Assembly: GCA_002436085.1 (NCBI GenBank)
Contig: DIXT01000021.1
Coordinates: 685 to 64,684, forward strand
Length of the DNA stretch: 64,000 nucleotides
Direction of reading: 5' to 3'
Source: Anaerolineaceae bacterium UBA6073
GTDB lineage: Bacteria; Chloroflexota; Anaerolineae; Anaerolineales; Anaerolineaceae
Part shown: positions 56,868-64,000 of the stretch, in pieces
Layout: the number at the start of each line of letters is the position of its first letter
How positions within the stretch are numbered: position 1 is the stretch's first letter
Made by a program: the position numbers and the translations under genes
The notes under the pieces: generated by a model
Databases searched by the model: none
Told to the model about the DNA's origin: nothing
Seen by the model: the letters and a program-made list of their open reading frames with translations, nothing else

Positions 56868-57809
56868 ATGACCATTGCAGCAAACAGTATTACCAAGCAT
56901 TTGAAACCAAGTGATATTGCCAATGAAGCAAGGATGAAGCGAGGCCCGACTGAAAGACGAACTGGTAAGAAGTTGGCATTAGTCATAGTTGAAGGTTGTG
57001 CAGATCAACTCTTGTACACCACAATTTTGGATATATCCAAGTGTTTGGTCATAACGGCCTATGGAAAAAACAATGCAATCCAAGCTCTTCAAATCTTATT
57101 AACTGAAAATACACCAGGCGTAATGGGTCTCGTTGATGATGATTTTGATTCTTTGGAAGAAAGAAATTTACGAAGTGTAAACCTTGCTGTTTCTGACACC
57201 CATGATCTCGAGACATTGTTGTTTGTAGCAAGTTCACTGGATAAACTTTTAAACACATTACTGCTACCTGAAAAAAGGGAATATCTGGTTGTGTTATGTG
57301 AGAATGTAAGGAAAAAAATAATTGAATTAGGAAGCCCAATTGGTTTTATTCGGTGGTTATTTCAAAAGGAAAATGTATTGATTGATTTCCGAAATGTGTC
57401 ATTCAGGGCATTTATCGATCCTAGGCGATTGACGGTTGATGTAGATGCTTGTGTTGGGGAAATTCTTTCAAGGAACGGGGGATTCAGAATGTCGAAGCAG
57501 GATATTCAAAAAAGATTACCTGAACTCATGAAAACGTCTCCTAATCCGTGGTCGCTCTGCCAGGGACATGATCTTGTGAAAATTCTTTTGTTAATCATGC
57601 CCCAATTATTATCAGGTTATGCACCTTCAAATAAAGATGAGGCTCGTTTGTATTTTGAGCAAATTCAACAAAAAGTTCCTACTGAGGCTCGTTTAACAGA
57701 GCAGTTGATAATGTGTTATGAACAAGATGAATTTAGAAAGACCAATATCTATAAAGATATTAAGCAATGGGAAAATCGGAATTCGCCTTACCAAATAGCG
57801 CGATCATAA
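56868..57809 (+). CDS. DUF4435 / TOPRIM-like protein (PARIS AriB-like)
   Basis: LALVIVEGCADQLLY (TOPRIM Glu) and VMGLVDDDFDSL (DxD) as in DUF4435 proteins. ATGA overlap with the ATPase C-terminal fragment. Confidence 0.65.
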   Translation: MTIAANSITKHLKPSDIANEARMKRGPTERRTGKKLALVIVEGCADQLLYTTILDISKCLVITAYGKNNAIQALQILLTENTPGVMGLVDDDFDSLEERNLRSVNLAVSDTHDLETLLFVASSLDKLLNTLLLPEKREYLVVLCENVRKKIIELGSPIGFIRWLFQKENVLIDFRNVSFRAFIDPRRLTVDVDACVGEILSRNGGFRMSKQDIQKRLPELMKTSPNPWSLCQGHDLVKILLLIMPQLLSGYAPSNKDEARLYFEQIQQKVPTEARLTEQLIMCYEQDEFRKTNIYKDIKQWENRNSPYQIARS

Positions 57810-57841
57810 GCGGGAAAATATCATGAAGGGCAAAGAAGTAT

Positions 57842-60800
57842 ATGTCAGATGAATTAATACCACCTTCCGCAAATCAAATTCGTTCAGAACTTCAAGATCT
57901 CATCCTGCGCGACCTGCTCGGCCCAGCCGGCGGGGAAGAAGAAATTATCGATGAGTCCTACGTGCGCGACCGCTACATCCTCGGCCTGCTGGCGCCGCGC
58001 GGACAGAGCGTCATCCCCGAAGAGGAAGAAGATCTGGCTTTTACCGATGGAGATGGTGAAGAAGGCACGGTAGAACCCACCACCATCCGCAATTCCACCC
58101 TACTGCCCTCCTCCATGGGGTTGACCTTTACCGTGGATGCCTCTGCCACTGCTATCCAGATCAAAGCCCGTTGGGGCCGCTATGAACGCATTGCAAGCGA
58201 GGAACTGGGTCTTGAGCTGGAGAAACCCCATCCGGTGTGGAAGCGCATGCCGGTGGAAATGCTCTCCCCTGCCATAGTGCTCACACCCGGACGGATGAAG
58301 CGCTGGGTTCCAAACCCGAATTACCCCGACGTCTATGTGGATGGCTTATTTCGTCAACGCAATGGCGAATGGGTGATCACCCTCTTTTTGGTGAACGCCC
58401 AGGAAGAACCCAAAAAGCTGCGCGATACGGCCTGGCTGTTCCAACCCGAGCTGACGGTTAGTGCACCGGATGGGGCAGCTATCTTCCGCCAGCGGCGTAC
58501 TTTGCGTAACTGCCATGCGGATGAAGAAGAGGCCGCCATGGCAATGCTCTACCGTGAGCAGGTGGAATTCGCCGTCGGCCACGGCGTGGCCGTGCATGCT
58601 GAGCTGGCGCCCGGTGCGGTTGACCGGGCTGTCTCGTTGAAAACCATCATTGCTCCGGCATTTGAATTGCCGCGTGTCACTCCGCCCACCAGCGCGGAGA
58701 TTCCCGGCCTGCAGGGGCTGGTGCTGGATATGAAAACGCTTTCCGGATTGGCAGACAGCGAATTGGCCAAAGCACTGAGTCCCCTGACTGCCGCCTATGC
58801 AGACTGGATTGAGGGACTGGAAAAACAGTTGGCGCATAGTTCGGCCGATCTGGAGCCGTATCACACCACCGCCCTGCAAACCATCGATACCTGCAAACAA
58901 AATCTAAAGCGCATTCAGGCTGGCATTGATCTCCTTGCAGTCAGCCCGCAGGCAGCCGAAGCCTTCCGTTTTGCCAACAACGCCATGGCGCTGCAGCGCA
59001 TTCACACCCTGCACTCCGAATCGATCCGCCGTGAAGAGAGCACAACACTGGAAGAACTGGATATTGAAAAGAACCGCACCTGGTATCCTTTCCAGTTGGC
59101 CTTCATCCTGCTAAATCTGCCTGGACTTACCGATCCGCACTCTGCGGAGCGCAGCCATCCTACTCAGGCTATTGCGGATGTACTCTGGTTCCCCACCGGC
59201 GGCGGAAAAACTGAAGCCTATCTGGGCTTGACCGCCTATACCCTGGCCATGCGCCGTTTGCAGGGCATGATTGGCGGCTATGACGGCAGCGCCGGCGTAG
59301 CGGTGCTAATGCGTTACACCCTGCGCCTGCTCACCTTGCAGCAGTTTCAACGTGCCGCTGCTCTGATATGCGCCTGCGAAAGCATCCGCCGGGAGGATGT
59401 GGCAAAATGGGGCGCTGAACCCTTCCGCATTGGATTGTGGGTGGGTCAGCGCAGCACCCCCAACTGGAATGCCGACAGCGATGAAATCGTTAAAGAATAC
59501 CGCAAAACCGGCTATTTCCGCTCCACCGCCACCGGCGGCTCGGGATCACCGCATCAATTAACCAACTGCCCCTGGTGCGGCGCGCCGATCAACCCGGGCA
59601 CTGACATTGTTGTCGAGACCTACAAACACGGTTCCTGCCGCACAATCGTTTATTGCCCATCCAACGCCTGCATTTTTAATCAAAAGAATGCCAAACGGGA
59701 GGGCTTACCGATTTTGGTGGTGGATGAAGAAGTTTACCGCCGCCTGCCCTCGCTGCTGATTGCCACCGTGGATAAATTTGCCCAGATGCCCTGGAAGGGC
59801 GAAGTGCAGATGCTGTTTGGCCGGGTGAATGGTTATTGCAGCCGGCACGGCTACCGTTCTCCCGATATCGAGGATAAGAACACTCACCCGGCGGATAAAG
59901 TTTTCGGACTGCCGGCAGCAGAAACCGAAGAGAAGAGTTGTCTGCGTCCCCCGGATCTGATCATTCAGGACGAATTGCACCTCATCAATGGCCCCCTGGG
60001 TACCCTGGTCGGGTTGTATGAAACCGCGGTCGATAACCTGTGCAATTGGGAATTGGATGGCAAGACCGTGCGGCCGAAAGTGATTGCTTCCTCTGCAACG
60101 ATCCGCAAAGCGCCGGCGCAAATCAACAGCCTTTATTTGCGCCAGATCAACATCTTCCCGCCGAATGGCTTGCTGATCAAAGATAATTTCTTCTCCCGCC
60201 AACGCACACCGGATGAGACTAATCCCGGAAGGGTTTATTTGGGTATTTGTGCACCAGGCTCGCGCCTGAAAGTGGTGATGATCCGCTCCTATGTCGCAGT
60301 GCTATCCGCTGCGCAGAAGTTATATGAAAAATATGGCGGGCTGGTGGATCCTTATATGACCCTGGTTGGTTATTTTAACGCCATGCGTGACCTGGGCGGT
60401 TTGCGCAGGGTATTGGATGATGCCATTCGCACCCGTTTGCGACACATGGAAAAGCGGGGATTGTCCAACCGTAATCTGGATACATACAGCATCGCCGAAT
60501 TAACTTCGCGCATCGGTGCGACGGATATTCCGGAAATTCTGGATCGGCTGGGCGCGGCCTTTGACCCCCAGCGGGATGACGAACGCAAGAAAAAGCGCAA
60601 AGCCGGCGAGAAAGTTGCTTCTTCCAGTTACCCCATCGATACCTTGCTGGCGACGAACATGATTTCGGTTGGTGTGGATGTGCCCCGCCTGGGACTAATG
60701 GTGGTAGCCGGACAGCCCAAGTACACCAGTGAATATATTCAGGCAACCAGCCGTATTGGTCGTCGTTTCCCAGGTCTGGTGGTAACGGTTTATAACTGGG

Positions 60801-61354
60801 CTCGTCCCAGGGATTTGAGCCATTACGAGCGGTTTGAGCATTACCATTCAACCCTATACCAGCAGGTTGAAGCATTATCCGTGACGCCGTTCTCACCGCG
60901 TGCCATCGATCGAGGATTGACTGCACTGTTGGTTTCTTTCCTGCGCCTTTATGGATTTGATTTCAATAGTAATGAAAGCGCTGAAAAACTGACCCGAGAT
61001 CACCCGACAGTGAAATTAGCCATCGATGAGATTTGCCGGAGAGCAGGATTGGTAACAGGCAGCATACAAGTCGAGCAAGACGTGCGATCTGAACTGAACA
61101 GCCGCATTGATCTCTGGCTTGCACGGGCTGCCAAGCTGGCAGCAGGCGGCTCCAAATTGGGCTATAAAGGCAAAGGTGATGGACGAACATTGGCATTACT
61201 GGGAACGCCCAACAAACAAGATCGGGATGTTTTCACTTGCCTGACCTCTTTACGGGATGTCGAACCTTCTGTAAATCTTGTGTTGAATAATTATGAAATC
61301 GAGACTCCTGCCAACAGTGTTGGAGTAGATCAAGAACAGGAGGCCGCCCAATGA
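57842..61354 (+). CDS. drmA: DExH superfamily-2 helicase, DISARM DrmA-like
   Basis: Motif I WFPTGGGKTEAYLGL, motif II LIIQDELHLINGPLGT, motif VI YIQATSRIGRRFPG. 1170 aa. Overlaps the following DUF1998 gene by 4 nt. Confidence 0.8.
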   Translation: MSDELIPPSANQIRSELQDLILRDLLGPAGGEEEIIDESYVRDRYILGLLAPRGQSVIPEEEEDLAFTDGDGEEGTVEPTTIRNSTLLPSSMGLTFTVDASATAIQIKARWGRYERIASEELGLELEKPHPVWKRMPVEMLSPAIVLTPGRMKRWVPNPNYPDVYVDGLFRQRNGEWVITLFLVNAQEEPKKLRDTAWLFQPELTVSAPDGAAIFRQRRTLRNCHADEEEAAMAMLYREQVEFAVGHGVAVHAELAPGAVDRAVSLKTIIAPAFELPRVTPPTSAEIPGLQGLVLDMKTLSGLADSELAKALSPLTAAYADWIEGLEKQLAHSSADLEPYHTTALQTIDTCKQNLKRIQAGIDLLAVSPQAAEAFRFANNAMALQRIHTLHSESIRREESTTLEELDIEKNRTWYPFQLAFILLNLPGLTDPHSAERSHPTQAIADVLWFPTGGGKTEAYLGLTAYTLAMRRLQGMIGGYDGSAGVAVLMRYTLRLLTLQQFQRAAALICACESIRREDVAKWGAEPFRIGLWVGQRSTPNWNADSDEIVKEYRKTGYFRSTATGGSGSPHQLTNCPWCGAPINPGTDIVVETYKHGSCRTIVYCPSNACIFNQKNAKREGLPILVVDEEVYRRLPSLLIATVDKFAQMPWKGEVQMLFGRVNGYCSRHGYRSPDIEDKNTHPADKVFGLPAAETEEKSCLRPPDLIIQDELHLINGPLGTLVGLYETAVDNLCNWELDGKTVRPKVIASSATIRKAPAQINSLYLRQINIFPPNGLLIKDNFFSRQRTPDETNPGRVYLGICAPGSRLKVVMIRSYVAVLSAAQKLYEKYGGLVDPYMTLVGYFNAMRDLGGLRRVLDDAIRTRLRHMEKRGLSNRNLDTYSIAELTSRIGATDIPEILDRLGAAFDPQRDDERKKKRKAGEKVASSSYPIDTLLATNMISVGVDVPRLGLMVVAGQPKYTSEYIQATSRIGRRFPGLVVTVYNWARPRDLSHYERFEHYHSTLYQQVEALSVTPFSPRAIDRGLTALLVSFLRLYGFDFNSNESAEKLTRDHPTVKLAIDEICRRAGLVTGSIQVEQDVRSELNSRIDLWLARAAKLAAGGSKLGYKGKGDGRTLALLGTPNKQDRDVFTCLTSLRDVEPSVNLVLNNYEIETPANSVGVDQEQEAAQ

Positions 61355-63222
61355 CCAGACCCAATAATATTAAAGTGGGAGAACTTAATCCATCCCAACT
61401 GCTCTATACCTATGGAGTCGGGGCAATTGTCGATTTGCCACATTTATCCGCCATCGTTTCCGGATTGGATGATTGGCCGGTAGATCCCGAATATGTTCGT
61501 GAAATCCAGGAAGAACGCCTGCTTTTTGCCCTGAAAGGTGAATTGGGGAATCAAGTGCAGCGACTGCTATCCCTGCCCAGCGTTCCAGATGTAGGCGGAA
61601 AACCTAATCCCTTTGATAAAGAAGCACATATCGGCGTGCCAGTCAGTACCTTCCCACAGTGGATGGTTTGCCCCTCATGTCAGGTGCTCGCTCCCACCCA
61701 GTCCGAGTTATTTGAACTGAAGGTGGATTATTATCATCCTGACCGAACGCATTATGAACATGTCAATTGTCAACGCGCAACCAAGCCAACAGCGTTGCCG
61801 GCGCGTTTCCTCGTGTGCTGTGAAAACGGCCATCTGGATGACTTCCCCTGGGTGGAATATGTTCATCATTTTGACCCGACCAAATATGATCACAAAAGCC
61901 TGACTTTGTCAGAATTTGGGCCATCTGGTGAGGCTCGTGATCTCTATGTGGAGTGCAATATTTGCGGTGCAAAACGGCAACTGGCTGAAGCTTTCGGACG
62001 TGAGAACCGTGAGAAAATGCCCATTTGCAAGGGTCGCCGGCCGCATCTCCATGATTACGATCCGGATGGTTGTGAACTCTATGTGCGTGCTATCTTGCTG
62101 GGTGCCAGTAACCTCTGGTTTCCATTTGTCCTCAACACAATTTCCATCCCTACCACCGCAGATAAGTTGGCCAATTTGGTTGCGGAAAATTGGGGCGAGT
62201 TAAGCCGCGTAGAAAAGGTTGATGAATTGGCATACATGGAGAAATGGGGGAAACTGAAAGCATTTGCAGAGTATGCTTTGTCTGATTTATGGGATGCCAT
62301 TAGTAAAAGAAAATCGCGCGAGACATCAAGCGAGAATGATGAACACCCTAATTTGCTAACCCCAGAATGGGCTGCGTTTACGACCCCTGCATCACAAAGC
62401 CAAACCCCTGATTTCAGATTGAAATCTGTAAATCCTCCCTCAAAGTATAAGGATGTATTTTCACAGGTCGTTCTGGTTGAGCGGTTGAGGGAAGTCAGAG
62501 CATTGGCTGGATTCACCCGGATCGACTCTCCTGGAGAAATGGCGGAAAGCGACGAGGAAGAAATTCAGGCTGTTTCACCCATCTCAAGAAAAAAGCCAAA
62601 TTGGATTCCAGCGATTGAAGTGCGAGGTGAAGGGATTTTCCTCCAATTTAGGGAATCAGAAATTCTCAAGTGGTTGGCTCAACCTGCGGTAAAAAACTGG
62701 GAAGCGATGTTCTTCCAGGCACATATCGAATGGCGCAAGAACCGCATGATCGAAAATCCAGAAGCAAATTTTCCTGGTTTGCGGTATGTTTTGTTGCACT
62801 CTTTTAGCCATGCGCTCATGCGCCAATTTGCCATGGAATGCGGATACACCCAGGCCAGTATTCGAGAACGGATCTATTCAAATAATCCAGGCCAGCCGGG
62901 TGATCCGATGGCTGGAATCCTTCTTTATACATCCGCTCCAGATTCGGAAGGTACACTGGGTGGTCTGGTAAGTTTGGGAGAACCCCATAATTTAGAGAGA
63001 CACATTGATTCCGCTCTTGAAGCGTGTGGTTTATGTGCATCTGACCCTACTTGTGCAGAACACATGCCCGGTTATGGTGCTTCAACGGTTCATGCGGCCG
63101 CCTGTCATTCTTGTCTCTTCTCGCCCGAAACTTCTTGCGAAAGAGGTAATCGCTATCTTGACCGTTCAGTACTGGTTTCAACCGTCAGCCATGATAATCA
63201 CCGGTTTTTCAGCCATGAATGA
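61351..63222 (+). CDS. drmB: DUF1998 domain protein, DISARM DrmB-like
   Basis: LLHSFSHALMRQ block, GTLGGLVSLG, and the terminal Cys cluster CGLCASDPTCAEH..AACHSCLF are typical of DUF1998. 623 aa. Confidence 0.8.
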   Translation: MTRPNNIKVGELNPSQLLYTYGVGAIVDLPHLSAIVSGLDDWPVDPEYVREIQEERLLFALKGELGNQVQRLLSLPSVPDVGGKPNPFDKEAHIGVPVSTFPQWMVCPSCQVLAPTQSELFELKVDYYHPDRTHYEHVNCQRATKPTALPARFLVCCENGHLDDFPWVEYVHHFDPTKYDHKSLTLSEFGPSGEARDLYVECNICGAKRQLAEAFGRENREKMPICKGRRPHLHDYDPDGCELYVRAILLGASNLWFPFVLNTISIPTTADKLANLVAENWGELSRVEKVDELAYMEKWGKLKAFAEYALSDLWDAISKRKSRETSSENDEHPNLLTPEWAAFTTPASQSQTPDFRLKSVNPPSKYKDVFSQVVLVERLREVRALAGFTRIDSPGEMAESDEEEIQAVSPISRKKPNWIPAIEVRGEGIFLQFRESEILKWLAQPAVKNWEAMFFQAHIEWRKNRMIENPEANFPGLRYVLLHSFSHALMRQFAMECGYTQASIRERIYSNNPGQPGDPMAGILLYTSAPDSEGTLGGLVSLGEPHNLERHIDSALEACGLCASDPTCAEHMPGYGASTVHAAACHSCLFSPETSCERGNRYLDRSVLVSTVSHDNHRFFSHE

Positions 63223-64000
63223 AAACTCGTTAGTCCTTCTTATATCTGATTTCGTTCAAAGTACACCTTCTGAAATTATTTACGAAGTACTGAAAATAAT
63301 TCGTGAATGGCATTCAACTCCATCAGATTTTCAGAAGACAAAATTGTTGTCATCCATCCAGAGCCCTCACAGTAAAGACAAACTCAAAAAGATAATTGAT
63401 TGCTGGGTAAAGGATTTTCCGCAATTAACATCCGACGGAGTTTGCTTATCCATTCAATCCTCTTTAGCGACTTTTAGAACATTACTTACTCCGTTATTGG
63501 AATTGATTTGGACTGGACCTGAGGATTTGACAACTAACTTACGCCGGACGGATCAGGCTTTATTAGAACTAATTCAAGGAGCAAATAAGCACCTTTTAAT
63601 GGTTAGCTTTGCAGTGTATAAAGCCCAGCCAATACTAGATGCGATTGAAGCTGCGATTCTCAGGAACGTGAAGGTGATCATTTGCCTGGAAGATTTGGAT
63701 GGGAGCCAAGGAAAATTATCATTCTCAGGTCTAAACGCCTTTTCAGAAAGTGTTTTCAAGCTCGCCTCGTTTTACACGTGGCCAATTGAGAATCGCCCAC
63801 TTACAGCTGATGGGAAATTTGGCTCTTTGCATGCCAAAATTGCCGTTGCTGACCGAGAAAAAGTATTTATTTCCAGTGCCAATCTAACGGATTACGCCAT
63901 GGATTTAAATATAGAAATGGGAGTGCTTCTAAAAGATAAAGCAATTGGGGAACAAATCAACAACCTATTTAATAATATGATTTTGAATTCTGTTTTTCGG
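63215..64000 (+). CDS. drmC: phospholipase-D-family (HKD) nuclease, DISARM DrmC-like; 3' end outside the window
   Basis: The ATG at 63215 overlaps the drmB stop by 8 nt. The frame is open for 262 codons to the window edge (MNENSLVLLISDF...). HKD motif SLHAKIAVADREKVFISSANLTDYA. Absent from the ORF track because no stop is reached. Confidence 0.75.
   Translation, partial: MNENSLVLLISDFVQSTPSEIIYEVLKIIREWHSTPSDFQKTKLLSSIQSPHSKDKLKKIIDCWVKDFPQLTSDGVCLSIQSSLATFRTLLTPLLELIWTGPEDLTTNLRRTDQALLELIQGANKHLLMVSFAVYKAQPILDAIEAAILRNVKVIICLEDLDGSQGKLSFSGLNAFSESVFKLASFYTWPIENRPLTADGKFGSLHAKIAVADREKVFISSANLTDYAMDLNIEMGVLLKDKAIGEQINNLFNNMILNSVFR

Larger units (their letters stand above)
54281..56871 (+). pseudogene. 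ABC/AAA_21-type ATPase (PARIS AriA-like) disrupted by an IS630-family insertion
   Basis: The N-terminal part 54281-55288 has Walker A GPNGYGKTT. The C-terminal part 56479-56871 has signature LSSGEQ, Walker B LLLIDEPELSLH and H-loop ATH. Removing 55289-56478 (the IS plus one TA) joins the two parts in frame with no stop. Confidence 0.75.

Noticed and set aside
57842-63222. Druantia-type or MrfA-type helicase-DUF1998 interpretation
   Set aside because: DUF1998 is on a separate protein, is followed by a PLD gene, and is preceded by an SNF2 helicase and an adenine methylase. That is the DISARM class 1 arrangement rather than a single DruE/MrfA-like fusion.

Overview
The window splits into two parts. 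Bases 1 to about 37.8 kb are GC-rich chromosomal backbone. This part holds tRNA-Val, photolyase, a PadR regulator with an iron/B12-type ABC importer, a rubredoxin-fused flavoprotein, a DUF368 membrane protein, a nitroreductase, an ABC-2 exporter, a clostripain-like C11 peptidase, a cupin, a ZIP transporter, an M23 peptidase, panB, an H+-pyrophosphatase, deoC, a P-loop/TPR protein, an esterase and a tocopherol-cyclase-like protein. Several families of GC-rich hairpin repeats are scattered through it. One repeat-flanked three-gene cassette (small ORF, N6-adenine methyltransferase, DUF262-HNH nuclease) sits at 10.7-13.2 kb. At 37835-37876 there is a 42-nt 3' fragment of a tRNA-Met(CAT)-type gene followed by its terminator. 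From there to the window end the sequence is visibly more AT-rich and compositionally mosaic, so I read it as a tRNA-integrated genomic island of more than 26 kb. The island carries a DUF234 ATPase, a SWIM-finger protein, an XRE regulator, an XRE-ImmA/IrrE fusion with a PIN nuclease, and an excisionase-like HTH gene. The main find is a complete class 1 DISARM-type defence operon (drmD SNF2 helicase, drmMI adenine methyltransferase, drmA helicase, drmB DUF1998, drmC PLD; drmC runs off the edge). This DISARM locus is unusual in four ways. (i) An extra 512-aa ORF with a PD-(D/E)xK-like motif lies between drmD and drmMI. (ii) A DUF559 (Vsr-like) endonuclease domain and further palindromic repeat elements are inserted in frame inside drmMI. 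(iii) An AT-rich block replaces the catalytic/target-recognition part of drmMI. (iv) A PARIS-like ATPase/DUF4435 pair is nested between drmMI and drmA, and its ATPase gene is cleanly split by an IS630-family element. All functional calls rest on motifs read by eye from the supplied translations. No database search was possible, so family names are recognitions, not search results. The host taxon cannot be determined here.
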